NCBI GenBank assembly: GCA_902522865.1
Contig: CABYXC010000008.1
Location: forward strand, 1,059 to 65,058
Direction of reading: 5' to 3'
Origin: an uncultured Alphaproteobacteria bacterium
Lineage (GTDB): Bacteria; Pseudomonadota; Alphaproteobacteria; HIMB59; GCA-002718135
Length of the DNA stretch: 64,000 bases
Made by a program: the position numbers and the translations under genes
The notes under the pieces: generated by a model
What the model saw: the letters and a program-made list of their open reading frames with translations, nothing else
What the model was told of the DNA's origin: nothing
Database searches by the model: none
In this document: positions 1-10,188 of the stretch, piece by piece
Layout of the letters: every line of letters starts with the position of its first letter
Numbering within the stretch: the stretch's first letter is position 1

Positions 1-124
1 TTTTTTTAACCAATAAATATAAATCACTATTCTTTTTAGAAATTTTTATAAAATCTAGTAAAATTCCTATATTTTTTGATGTAATCATTTGTTTTTATTA
101 CAATTATATCTATATAAAGTTTTC

Positions 125-1246
125 ATGAGTTTCAAATCTAATACAGGAACTATAATAGACAGGGCAATTAACGAATTCAGGACCGGAAGACCCTTAATAA
201 TTAAGAATAACAAGGAATATTGGATGTTTTTTAATATAGAGCATTCCCAAAGTAAAATTTTTAATCAATTCAATAAGCACTTAGTTGATGAAAAATACTT
301 ACTTATTACTAAACAAAAAGCTCAATCAATTTTTAATAAGAATATTAAAAGTAATATTTATTTTGAGATAAATCCCAAAACAGATGTAAATCAAATAATA
401 AATTTATTTGTTAATCCTCTTAGCAATAATAAAGTAATTAAATTTACCAATATTAAAAAATTCAAAGCTAAAAATTTTCATAATGTTTGTATTGATCTTT
501 CCAAAAATGCTAAAATGATACCATCTCTAGTTTTTAAAAAAATTAATAAAAAAAATTACAAAAATATAAATGAATTTGGATTTAAAAATGGAATTTTAAT
601 ATTTGATTACAAAGATTTATTGAAGCAAAATGAATTAATTTGTGAAAGTATCAAATTAGTTTCTAGTGCAAAAGTTCCACTACCAAAAAATGAAAATTCT
701 AATTTTAAAATATTCAAATCATATATTGGATCTGATAAACATGTAGCGATAATTGTTAATCCAAAAAAAATAAATAAAAAATCTGTTAATTTAAGAATAC
801 ATTCAGCTTGTTTTACGGGTGATATTTTTCATTCTTTAAAATGTGATTGCGGTGAACAGTTAAATCAATCAATCAATTACATGGTTAGAAATAATGGTGG
901 AATTATATTATATTTAGAACAAGAAGGTAGAGGAATAGGATTAGCTAATAAAATGAGAGCCTATTCTCTTCAAGCAAGGGGTATGGATACAATAGACGCC
1001 GATCATAATATTGGTTTTTTAGATGATGAAAGAGATTTTAATATTGCAGCTAGAATACTTAAATTATTAAAAATAAATAAAGTTAATCTTATTACAAATA
1101 ATAAAAATAAAATAAATTCTATTAAGAAAGCAGGAATTAAAGTTGAAAATCAAATAAATACAAAGCCAACCTTAAATAAATTTAATAAAAATTATTTTAA
1201 AACAAGAGTAAAAAAAGCCGGGTATGGTCTTAAACTAGTAGTATAA
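125..1246 (+). CDS. ribA: GTP cyclohydrolase II with degenerate N-terminal RibB-like domain
   Basis: C-terminal RIHSACFTGD...KCDCGEQL...QEGRGIGLANK motifs; ATG at 125 preferred over TTG at 89. Confidence 0.9.
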   Translation: MSFKSNTGTIIDRAINEFRTGRPLIIKNNKEYWMFFNIEHSQSKIFNQFNKHLVDEKYLLITKQKAQSIFNKNIKSNIYFEINPKTDVNQIINLFVNPLSNNKVIKFTNIKKFKAKNFHNVCIDLSKNAKMIPSLVFKKINKKNYKNINEFGFKNGILIFDYKDLLKQNELICESIKLVSSAKVPLPKNENSNFKIFKSYIGSDKHVAIIVNPKKINKKSVNLRIHSACFTGDIFHSLKCDCGEQLNQSINYMVRNNGGIILYLEQEGRGIGLANKMRAYSLQARGMDTIDADHNIGFLDDERDFNIAARILKLLKINKVNLITNNKNKINSIKKAGIKVENQINTKPTLNKFNKNYFKTRVKKAGYGLKLVV

Positions 1247-1248
1247 TT

Positions 1249-1692
1249 ATGAAAAAAATTCCTAAAATAAAACTACAATTAACAAACGACAATGAGTTTG
1301 ATTCATCTAAATTAAAGAATAAAACAGTTTTATTCTTTTACCCTAAAGCGTTAACTGGTGGATGCTCAGTAGAAGTTGCAGATTTTCAGAAATATTTAAC
1401 AAAATTTAGTAAAATTGGCTTTGATGTAATAGGAGCTTCTAAAGATCCTGTTGATCGGAATAAAAAATTTTCAGATAAGTATAAATTGAAATACCCACTT
1501 GGTTCGGATGAAGGAAAAAATTGTGATAAACTTGGTATTTGGATAGAAAAATCTATGTATGGTAGGAAATATTTTGGGATAGATAGATCTACATTTGTAA
1601 TCGATAAAAATGGAAAAATTCTAAATTCTTGGAATAAAGTTAAAGTTAAAGGTCATGTTGAAGAAGTTTATAATTTTTGTAAGGATCAGTAA
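1249..1692 (+). CDS. bcp: Peroxiredoxin, BCP/PrxQ family
   Basis: FFYPKALTGGCSVE peroxidatic motif; KSMYGRKYFGIDRSTF. Confidence 0.9.
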   Translation: MKKIPKIKLQLTNDNEFDSSKLKNKTVLFFYPKALTGGCSVEVADFQKYLTKFSKIGFDVIGASKDPVDRNKKFSDKYKLKYPLGSDEGKNCDKLGIWIEKSMYGRKYFGIDRSTFVIDKNGKILNSWNKVKVKGHVEEVYNFCKDQ

Positions 1693-1696
1693 ATTT

Positions 1697-2590
1697 TTAT
1701 TTAATTTTACCTATTTCTTTTTCTCTTTTGATTACAAATAAACCACTTAATGTAATAATTATTGCACCAATAATCATATTATAAGTTGGAGTTTCACCTA
1801 GTATTAAATACCCAAAAATCATACCAAATATAATTACACTGTATCTTGCAGAGGCGGTTAATGAGAGTGGTGCATAAAAAACTGTTAATACTGAAAATAA
1901 ATATCCGAATAAAACAAATATACTAGAAGCAAGAATATAATTTACATCTTCACTGCTTACTTGATAACCAAAAATAATTGAACCCAACCCTGCAAACCCA
2001 GTAATTAATAATGCTGTCACAAATGTAATTTCAACACTATTTGATTTAGTTGCTAAACTTTTTGTAGCAATATCTCTAATAGTTAAAAAAATAGCAGCTA
2101 AAATTGGTAATACTAAAAGATAATTAAATTGAAAATTTTGTGGATTTACAACTACTAATACACCTAAAAACCCAATGATAACTGCACACCATCTTCTTAT
2201 ACCAACTTTCTCTCCCAAAAAAAGAAAAGCAAATATTGTGACAAAGAAAGGATTAGTCATTAAAAGTGTATAAACCTCAGATATTGGAAGTAATATTAAT
2301 CCAACCAAAAAAAATAATGCCGTTAAAACTTCATACAAACCTCTTATATGAAAACTTTTGATTGATAGTATTTTAATTAAATTCTTTTTTTCGAAAAAAA
2401 TTAAATATAAACCTAATAGACTTGATGTAACTAAACCTCTTAAAAAAATTACAGAATATAATGAATTGTCATCACCTATATTTTTTACAACAAGTTTGAC
2501 ATAACTATCATTTATAGAGAATGATAATTGGCCTGCCATCATAAAAAGTACACCTATCGTCCCAACTGAAAATAAAATCTTGCTTTTCAT
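1697..2590 (-). CDS. DMT/EamA family transporter
   Basis: About 10 hydrophobic segments; LGEKVGIRRW motif. Confidence 0.85.
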   Translation of the reverse strand: MKSKILFSVGTIGVLFMMAGQLSFSINDSYVKLVVKNIGDDNSLYSVIFLRGLVTSSLLGLYLIFFEKKNLIKILSIKSFHIRGLYEVLTALFFLVGLILLPISEVYTLLMTNPFFVTIFAFLFLGEKVGIRRWCAVIIGFLGVLVVVNPQNFQFNYLLVLPILAAIFLTIRDIATKSLATKSNSVEITFVTALLITGFAGLGSIIFGYQVSSEDVNYILASSIFVLFGYLFSVLTVFYAPLSLTASARYSVIIFGMIFGYLILGETPTYNMIIGAIIITLSGLFVIKREKEIGKIK

Positions 2591-2614
2591 AATAAAAAAA
2601 AATATTTAACTGAT

Positions 2615-3949
2615 ATGTTACAAAGAAATACTTCCAGCCACTTATATGGATTTACTGACTTGAAGTCATTAAATGAAAGAGGCCCTTTAGTTATTTCTTA
2701 TGGAAAAGGAATATATGTTTACGATACTAAAGGTAATAAATATCTAGATGGGAATTCTGGTCTATGGAATCAGTGTGCTGGTTTTGACCATCCTGGATTA
2801 ATTGAAGTTGCAAAAAAACAGTATGAAAAATTTGCTGGTTATCATTCTTTATTTGGAAGATTGTCTGAAGAAACGTTGCAGCTATCTGAAAAAATAATTG
2901 AAGTATCACCTTTTGATCAAGGTCGTGTATTCTTTTGTAATTCAGGATCTGAAGCAAATGACACCATGGTCAAAATGTTATGGATGTTAAATGCAAGAAT
3001 TGGAAAGCCAAATAGACGAAAAATTATAACAAGAATTAATGGATACCATGGCGTTACTTTAGGAGCTTCTTCAATGACTGCCAAACCATACAATAAAGAG
3101 TTTGGTTTACCATCTGATGAATTTATTCATATTGAATGTCCTCATTATTGGAAATATGGATTAGAGAATGAAACGGAAGAAGAATTTTCACTTAGGATGG
3201 CCAAAAATTTAGAAGAAAAAATCATCAAAGAGGATCCAGAAACTATTGCAGGTTTTGTTGCAGAACCTGTTCAAGGTGCAGGAGGTTGTATACCTCCTTC
3301 AAAATCGTATTTTGATTTAGTTCAGCCTATATTAAAAAAATTTAATATTCCTTTTATCGCAGATGAAGTAATTTGTGGATTTGGTAGAACGGGAAATTTA
3401 TGGGGTTGTGAAACCTACAATATCAAACCGGATATAATTATCTCATCTAAATGTTTAACAGCTGGATACTTTCCTATGGGTGCAGTTATAGTTAATAAAA
3501 AATTTTCAGATAAATTTGTTGAAGTTTCAGAAGAAGCAGAAGAATTTCCACATGGTTTTACAGCTGGTGGTCATCCTGTTGGATGTGCAATTGCTTTGAA
3601 AGCTATAGATGTAATTATGAATGAAGGTTTATTAGATAATGTAAAGTTGATGGAACCCTATTTTTTTGAAAGATTAAATGAATTTAATGATTATGAACAC
3701 ATTGGAGAAACTAGAGGTATAGGTCTTATGGCTGCATTAGAGATGGTAAAAAATAAAGATACAAAAAAACCATTTGAAGGTCATCTTAATATGGGAGATA
3801 AAGTTGCTAATTTATCAATTGATAATGGATTAATTTGCAGACCTTTAGGTCCTGCAATTGTTTTGTGTCCACAATTCATAATTACTAAAAATCAAATTGA
3901 TGAAATATTTGACTCTCTTCATAAAACTATAAAGCAAGTTTTTAATTAA
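2615..3949 (+). CDS. Class III PLP aminotransferase (omega-amine:pyruvate transaminase type)
   Basis: SGSEAND, AEPVQGAGG, DEVICGFGRTG, SSKCLTAG, FPHGFT; LYGFTD N-terminus as in Vibrio fluvialis omega-TA. Confidence 0.9.
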   Translation: MLQRNTSSHLYGFTDLKSLNERGPLVISYGKGIYVYDTKGNKYLDGNSGLWNQCAGFDHPGLIEVAKKQYEKFAGYHSLFGRLSEETLQLSEKIIEVSPFDQGRVFFCNSGSEANDTMVKMLWMLNARIGKPNRRKIITRINGYHGVTLGASSMTAKPYNKEFGLPSDEFIHIECPHYWKYGLENETEEEFSLRMAKNLEEKIIKEDPETIAGFVAEPVQGAGGCIPPSKSYFDLVQPILKKFNIPFIADEVICGFGRTGNLWGCETYNIKPDIIISSKCLTAGYFPMGAVIVNKKFSDKFVEVSEEAEEFPHGFTAGGHPVGCAIALKAIDVIMNEGLLDNVKLMEPYFFERLNEFNDYEHIGETRGIGLMAALEMVKNKDTKKPFEGHLNMGDKVANLSIDNGLICRPLGPAIVLCPQFIITKNQIDEIFDSLHKTIKQVFN

Positions 3950-4242
3950 GTTTCGTATTTAACTATAAAACCTGAATACTTAACGTTACTAATGATACTA
4001 TTTGGGATAACTCCTTCAACTAGAGCTAGTGAGGGACCATCTTTAGCTTTTTCAGTAATAGATAGTATACTTTGCATATCTCCTTGAATTATGGCTTCTA
4101 CTTCATCTTTACTTTCTTTATTTTGAATATAACCATTTAATCCCAAAGATATTGCTAAATCACTAAACCAATGTCTAAAGCCCACTCCCTGAACTTTTCC
4201 TTTAATAATAAGTCGATAAGTTTTTATTTCATTTGTATTCAT
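3946..4242 (-). CDS. acyP: Acylphosphatase
   Basis: IKGKVQGVGFR signature; start moved to ATG at 4242 to avoid overlap with the divergent gene. Confidence 0.85.
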   Translation of the reverse strand: MNTNEIKTYRLIIKGKVQGVGFRHWFSDLAISLGLNGYIQNKESKDEVEAIIQGDMQSILSITEKAKDGPSLALVEGVIPNSIISNVKYSGFIVKYET

Positions 4243-4295
4243 TAAAGTATCAATATAAGTACTTTTTTTTATCATACAATCCTTCAATTCATTAT

Positions 4296-5174
4296 ATGAA
4301 AAAAAGTATAGTTTATTCTTCAATTCTTTTATTTTTTGCTGGAATTTTTTTTGTAACAAATGATGCAATAATAAACTACCTAACCCAAACAGATGTAAAA
4401 TTTTATCATTTCATCTTTTATGGAATACCCATTTTTTTATGTTTCCCCTTATATTTATTTTTTAATGGAACTTTAAAAAAAAATATAAAATGCACTAATT
4501 ATTTTCCACCTATTTTCAGAGGGTTTTTAAATATCCCTTTGCCTTTTATTGCCTTTATAACACTTGAACAAATTAAACTTCCAGAATTCACAACATTAAA
4601 TATGACTGCTCCATTGATGGGAACAATATTTGCCATTTTTTTACTAAATGAAAAATTAAATTTTTTAACTTACATATCTTTGTTCATTGGTTTTTTAGGT
4701 GTGCTATTTGTTATACAGCCGGGATTTGAAAGCTTTAATATTTATTATCTAATTGTTCTTATTGGGGTATTATTAATTACAATTACAACATTTATTGTAA
4801 ATAAATATAATCATGTAACTACAAATATTGGGTATTTTCTTTATGGAGGTTTCTTTGTTCACTTTATTTCAATACCTTTGTTTTTTATGAATCCATTAAA
4901 AGTAACTCTTTTTGAATTTATTTTAATTTCAACTGCTGCATTATTTATTAATTCAGCAATGTTTTTTGCAACTACTGCTTTTAAGATTGCGCAAAAACAT
5001 TATGCATCAGTATTTAGTTTAGTTTACCTCCAGGTTTTATGGTCATCTTTAGTTGGAATATTTATATTTAATGAATATATGAATTTATATGCTTATATTG
5101 GAGCAATATTTATAATTTTAAGTGGAATTGTTTCATTACCCTCGCAAATAAAACAATTAAAGGAAGCAAAATAA
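4296..5174 (+). CDS. DMT/EamA family transporter
   Basis: About 10 TM segments, FLLNEKL and VLFVIQPG; start at ATG 4296. Confidence 0.8.
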   Translation: MKKSIVYSSILLFFAGIFFVTNDAIINYLTQTDVKFYHFIFYGIPIFLCFPLYLFFNGTLKKNIKCTNYFPPIFRGFLNIPLPFIAFITLEQIKLPEFTTLNMTAPLMGTIFAIFLLNEKLNFLTYISLFIGFLGVLFVIQPGFESFNIYYLIVLIGVLLITITTFIVNKYNHVTTNIGYFLYGGFFVHFISIPLFFMNPLKVTLFEFILISTAALFINSAMFFATTAFKIAQKHYASVFSLVYLQVLWSSLVGIFIFNEYMNLYAYIGAIFIILSGIVSLPSQIKQLKEAK

Positions 5175-5896
5175 TGTATAAAATCTTATTATTTTTATTT
5201 CTTTTCTTTTTTAGCTATAAATCTTTTTCTAACGAAATTAAGGTCTTAAATGAAACCGTTGGTAATGGTTTAGAGGTAAAAAATCATTCAAAATTATCTG
5301 TTCATTACATCGGTAGACTCGAGGACAATACCGTTTTTGATAGTTCATACGATAGGGGGCAATTTTTCGATTTTCAAATAGGAGTAAGGAAAGTAATCCT
5401 AGGTTGGGAAACTGGGTTACTTGGTATGAGAGAGGGTGGAAAAAGAACAATATTTATTCCTTATCAATTAGCTTATGGAGAAAGTGGGGCAGGAAATTTA
5501 ATTCCACCAAAATCAAATCTTATTTTTGATATTGAAGTAATAAAAGTAATTCCACCTGGATATAAGGAAATAGATGGTTACCAATTAAAATTAGCGATGA
5601 CAAATGATTTTAAAATTATAGATATTAGAAATGCAGATCAAATAACTAGTAAAAATAAAATCCCAGGAGCAATACAGATAACAGCATTTGATAAAAATGG
5701 TAATTTTTTTCCAGATTTTTTTGAAAAGTATAAAGAAAATGTTCAAATAGGAGAGAAAGTTATTTTTATTAGCCAAAATGGAGACATATCTTCAATTTTA
5801 GCTAATGGATTTGTTGAGCAGCTTAATCAAATAAATATTTATCATTTAAAGGACGGAGTATCAGGTTTAGAAAAAATAAATTTTGATTTTGAGTAA
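5174..5896 (+). CDS. Exported FKBP-type peptidyl-prolyl isomerase fused to a rhodanese-like domain
   Basis: Signal peptide; VHYIGRLED..FDSSYDRG, IPYQLAYG, IPPKSNLIFDIEV; C-terminal IIDIR..IPGA..IYHLKDGV. Confidence 0.85.
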   Translation: MYKILLFLFLFFFSYKSFSNEIKVLNETVGNGLEVKNHSKLSVHYIGRLEDNTVFDSSYDRGQFFDFQIGVRKVILGWETGLLGMREGGKRTIFIPYQLAYGESGAGNLIPPKSNLIFDIEVIKVIPPGYKEIDGYQLKLAMTNDFKIIDIRNADQITSKNKIPGAIQITAFDKNGNFFPDFFEKYKENVQIGEKVIFISQNGDISSILANGFVEQLNQINIYHLKDGVSGLEKINFDFE

Positions 5897-5897
5897 A

Positions 5898-6701
5898 TTA
5901 AATATCTATTTTTTTATTATTTTCAGCTGCATAATTAATAATAAATTGCCATGCTGATCTACCAGTTCTATTACCTCTTTGTAAGCTCCATTTAATTGCT
6001 TCTTTTTCAATCTTATCATTAAAAGGAAGTTTAAATTTTTCACAATACTTAAAAATTATATTAACAAAATCATTTTGAGAAATATTATGAAAGCCAATCC
6101 ATAGACCAAAACGATCACTTAAACTTATTTTTTCTTCAACACTTTCATCTGTATGAATAGCAGATGACCTTTCATTTTCTATCATATCTCTTGGCATTAA
6201 ATGTCTTCTATTAGAAGTTACGTAAAGAACAATATTTTTAGGTTGATTTTGTATACTTCCATCTAATGTTGACTTAATAATTTTGTAATCACTATCTATT
6301 TTTTCAAATGATAAATCATCAATAAAAATTATAAAATTATAATTCTTTAAATTTGCATATTTTTCATAAATGACTTCAATATCAAAAATATTATTTTTAT
6401 TTAATTGTATTAATTTTAAATTCTTATTTTTTTTATTTATTTCATTAAAAACTGATTTAATTAGTGAGCTTTTACCATTACCTCTTGATCCCCATAACAA
6501 GGCATTATTTGTAAAATTTCCTTCAGCAAAATTTATAGTATTATCATAAACAGTTTTCTTTTGTCTTTCTATTCCAATTAAAAGATCAAGATCTATAAAT
6601 CTAAAATGAGTGATTATTTTGAGGTTTTTTATTTTACTATCCCAAATAAATGCATTTCCTCTTGAGAGTGTAAGATTTGATAAAAAATTAGTTAAAAACA
6701 T
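5898..6701 (-). CDS. DUF815-family AAA+ ATPase
   Basis: Walker A GSRGNGKSS; IFIDDLSF; TSNRRHL; EEKISLSDRFGL. Confidence 0.85.
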   Translation of the reverse strand: MFLTNFLSNLTLSRGNAFIWDSKIKNLKIITHFRFIDLDLLIGIERQKKTVYDNTINFAEGNFTNNALLWGSRGNGKSSLIKSVFNEINKKNKNLKLIQLNKNNIFDIEVIYEKYANLKNYNFIIFIDDLSFEKIDSDYKIIKSTLDGSIQNQPKNIVLYVTSNRRHLMPRDMIENERSSAIHTDESVEEKISLSDRFGLWIGFHNISQNDFVNIIFKYCEKFKLPFNDKIEKEAIKWSLQRGNRTGRSAWQFIINYAAENNKKIDI

Positions 6702-6776
6702 TGTAAATACTTTATTTGATTTTTCTTATTACACAGTATAATAAATCTCTCAAATTAAATCATCATAGGTACTATT

Positions 6777-7118
6777 ATGGAAGCATTTGGAACATTTTTA
6801 CCACTTATATTAATATTTGTAGTTTTTTATTTTTTATTAATTAGACCACAACAAAGAAAAGTTAAACAGCACAAAGAAATGCTATCCAATCTCAAAAGAG
6901 GTGATAAAATAGTAACTTCAGGTGGAATCATTGGAACTATAAACAAAGTAGCCGATAATAGGGAATTAACCTTAGAAGTTGCTGAAAATGTTGAAATAAA
7001 AATTGCATCCGGAATGGTTGCAGATTTATACGCAATGCCAGAAGTTCAAAAAAAAGAACCACCAAAAGATGAGAATAAAAGTAAATCCAGCTTCTCTTTA
7101 TTTTCTAGAAAAAAATAA
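6777..7118 (+). CDS. yajC: Preprotein translocase subunit YajC
   Basis: FYFLLIRPQQ, GDKIVTSGGIIG; upstream of secD. Confidence 0.95.
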   Translation: MEAFGTFLPLILIFVVFYFLLIRPQQRKVKQHKEMLSNLKRGDKIVTSGGIIGTINKVADNRELTLEVAENVEIKIASGMVADLYAMPEVQKKEPPKDENKSKSSFSLFSRKK

Positions 7119-7130
7119 ATTTTTTTATTA

Positions 7131-8681
7131 ATGAAAAATTATCCCATCTGGAAATCATTTACAGTAGTATCATTAGTTTTATTAGGAATAATTTTTGCAA
7201 TTCCTTCAATTATTTATGATGAAAATTCAGAAAATTGGTTTTTAAAAAATAAGATTAATTTAGGTTTAGACTTACAAGGTGGATCATATTTATTATTAGA
7301 AGTTCAACTAGATGTTTTATATAAAGAAGAATTAGATAATTTTGTCGATAGTGTTCGTTTGATTTCTAGAGATCAAGCTGTGAAAATTGAAAAAATTGAT
7401 ATTCAAGAAAATGAAGTTGTAGTTTTTTTTGGTAATAAAGAGAAGATAAAAGATATTAGAGATAGTTTTTTTCAAATGTATAGAGGAGTTACTTTACAAA
7501 TTAATAACAATAAACTCAGTATAAAGTTAAATGATGAATATAAAAAAATTATTCAAGACTCAGCAATTAAGCAATCACTTGAAATTGTTAGAAAAAGAAT
7601 TGATGAATCTGGAACTAAAGAACCTTTAATACAAAGATCTGGTAAAAAGAGAATACTTTTACAATTACCAGGAGTAAAAGACCCAGAAAGAATTAAAGAT
7701 TTATTAGGTAAAACAGCCAAACTAACTTTTCACATCGTTGATAATGATAATGTATCTGCTATTCAAAACAACTTAGCTTCTTTTGGAAAAATTATTGTTC
7801 AAGACATGTATGATGAAAATACAAAATACTTATTAGATAAAAGAGCAGTCGTAGGTGGAGAAAATTTAGTAGATGCGAAAGGTTCTTTTGATCAAACAGA
7901 GGGTCATGCAGTGTCATTCCGCTTTGATACAGAAGGTGCGCAAAAATTTGGTAAAGTTACAACAAACAATATTGGTAAAAATCTTGCTGTTGTATTAGAT
8001 GGTGTAGTTATCACAGCACCTAGAATTAGTAGTGCTATTACAGGAGGCTCAGGTATTATAACTGGTAATTTTAATGCTCAAGAAGCATCTGATTTAGCAG
8101 TTTTATTAAGAGCTGGTGCTTTACCTGCGCCTTTAGAAATAGTTGAAGAAAGATCAGTAGGCGCTGGTTTAGGAGCAGACTCAATAGCTGCCGGTCAAAT
8201 AGCTGCTATCATTGGTATGGTCTTAGTGTGTGTATTTATGATACTTATCTATGGAACATTTGGGGCTCTTGCTAACATTTCGTTAATAGTAAATTTATTT
8301 ATAATTATTTCATTATTAGGAACAATTGGTGCAACATTAACATTGCCTGGTATAGCTGGAATTGTATTAACAATTGGAATGGCAGTAGATGCAAATGTTT
8401 TAATTTTTGAAAGAATTAAAGAAGAGAGTTTAAAACAAACAAAAGTTTTTCAGATTGTTAAAAATGGTTTCGATAGAGCTATGTCAACTATACTTGATGC
8501 CAATATTACTACTCTAATTGCTGCTGTGTTACTATTTGCATTTGGATCTGGTCCAATAAGAGGTTTTTCCATTACACTGTCTTTGGGTGTGATAGCATCA
8601 ATGTTCACAGCTTTAATGCTAACAAATTTTTTAGTATATATGTACTTATCATTTGCAAATAAAAAGGAATTAAAACTATAA
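7131..8681 (+). CDS. secD: Protein translocase subunit SecD
   Basis: LGLDLQGG, LRAGALPAP, GMAVDANVLIFERI. Confidence 0.97.
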   Translation: MKNYPIWKSFTVVSLVLLGIIFAIPSIIYDENSENWFLKNKINLGLDLQGGSYLLLEVQLDVLYKEELDNFVDSVRLISRDQAVKIEKIDIQENEVVVFFGNKEKIKDIRDSFFQMYRGVTLQINNNKLSIKLNDEYKKIIQDSAIKQSLEIVRKRIDESGTKEPLIQRSGKKRILLQLPGVKDPERIKDLLGKTAKLTFHIVDNDNVSAIQNNLASFGKIIVQDMYDENTKYLLDKRAVVGGENLVDAKGSFDQTEGHAVSFRFDTEGAQKFGKVTTNNIGKNLAVVLDGVVITAPRISSAITGGSGIITGNFNAQEASDLAVLLRAGALPAPLEIVEERSVGAGLGADSIAAGQIAAIIGMVLVCVFMILIYGTFGALANISLIVNLFIIISLLGTIGATLTLPGIAGIVLTIGMAVDANVLIFERIKEESLKQTKVFQIVKNGFDRAMSTILDANITTLIAAVLLFAFGSGPIRGFSITLSLGVIASMFTALMLTNFLVYMYLSFANKKELKL

Positions 8682-9580
8682 TGTTTGGTTTAAATAAAAT
8701 TATTCCTGTTGAACCTAATATAAATTTTTTAGGTTTAAGAAGAAATTTTTTAATTTTTTCTATTTTAGCAATATTAATTTCCATTGGTCTATTAAGCATA
8801 AAAGGTTTAAATCTTGGTATTGATTTCAAAGGAGGTACTTTAATAGAGGTAAGTACAAAAAATACTTCAATTGGTGAACTAAGAGAAATTTTATCTTCTT
8901 CTTATAGTGATGTATCTTTACAGGAATTTGGTAATGAGAATATTATTTTAATAAGACTTCAAAATAAAAGTAATCAAGAAAGTATTGAAACAGTTAATTC
9001 TGTCAAAAATTTAATTCAAGACAAGGTTGTTGAGTTTAGAAGGTCTGAATTTGTTGGCCCTACAATTAGTTCTGAACTTCTGTTTAGAGGATTTCAGGCT
9101 GTCTCTTTTGCATTAATTGCTATTTTAATTTACATTTGGCTGCGTTTTGAATGGCAATTTGGCTTTGGTGCAGTTGTTGCCTTGACTCATGATGTATTAT
9201 TTACTCTTGGTTTGCTTTCTATTCTAAACGTTGAATTTTCTCTCGCAACAATAGCAGCAATTCTGACAATTGCTGGATATTCTATTAACGACACAGTTGT
9301 AATATTTGATAGGGTTCGTGAAAATTTAAGAAAATATAAAAAGCTTGAGTTAGTTGATCTATTTAACTTATCAGTTAATAATACTTTATCCAGAACTATA
9401 ATGACTAGTTTAACTACACTTCTTGCATTAGTTTCTTTATTTGTTTTTGGAGGAGAGGTAATTAGACCTTTCGCTTTGACAATGATTATAGGTGTAATAA
9501 TTGGAACCTACTCATCTGTTTTTATTGCGGTCCCAACTTTATTAATTTTTAAGTTTAGACCGCAAGATGAAGATGATTAA
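8681..9580 (+). CDS. secF: Protein translocase subunit SecF
   Basis: LGIDFKGG, GYSINDTVVIFDRVRE. Confidence 0.97.
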   Translation: MFGLNKIIPVEPNINFLGLRRNFLIFSILAILISIGLLSIKGLNLGIDFKGGTLIEVSTKNTSIGELREILSSSYSDVSLQEFGNENIILIRLQNKSNQESIETVNSVKNLIQDKVVEFRRSEFVGPTISSELLFRGFQAVSFALIAILIYIWLRFEWQFGFGAVVALTHDVLFTLGLLSILNVEFSLATIAAILTIAGYSINDTVVIFDRVRENLRKYKKLELVDLFNLSVNNTLSRTIMTSLTTLLALVSLFVFGGEVIRPFALTMIIGVIIGTYSSVFIAVPTLLIFKFRPQDEDD

Positions 9581-10173
9581 GCGTTATTTAAGTTTTCTGT
9601 AACCTTTTCCCAATTAACTAAATTATTAATAAATGCTTTTAAATAATCAGGTCTTCTGTTTCTATAATCAACATAATATGAGTGTTCCCAAACATCACAT
9701 CCAAGTAGAGGAGTTTGACCATGAACGATTGGGTTTTCTCCATTTGGTGTTTTTGTAATTTCTAATTTTCCATTATTTAAAACTAACCAACACCAACCTG
9801 ATCCAAATTGTCCAATGCCTGCATTTATAAAATCTTCTTTCATTTTTTCTACTGAACCAATATCTGAAACTATCTTATTTTCTAGCTCAGAGGGAATTTT
9901 ACCATCTGGATTATTTTTCATCACTTCCCAAAAATGAACATGATTTATATGTTGTGCCACATTGTTGAATACCGGAGCATTTTTTTGATAAGAGTTGATT
10001 ACTATATCATTAACGTTATCATCTGATATATTCTGTTCTTTAATAAACTTATTTCCATTAGTAATGTAAGCCATGTGATGCTTATCATGATGCAACTCTA
10101 AAGTTTCAGCCGACATATACGGCATTAGAGCATCTTTACTGTAGGGTAGATCTGGTAACTCTAGATTAATCAT
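9577..10173 (-). CDS. sodB: Fe/Mn superoxide dismutase
   Basis: HHDKHH, FGSGW, DVWEHSYY; metal specificity not proven. Confidence 0.9.
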   Translation of the reverse strand: MINLELPDLPYSKDALMPYMSAETLELHHDKHHMAYITNGNKFIKEQNISDDNVNDIVINSYQKNAPVFNNVAQHINHVHFWEVMKNNPDGKIPSELENKIVSDIGSVEKMKEDFINAGIGQFGSGWCWLVLNNGKLEITKTPNGENPIVHGQTPLLGCDVWEHSYYVDYRNRRPDYLKAFINNLVNWEKVTENLNNA

Positions 10174-10188
10174 TTTATTTCCTTTGAT

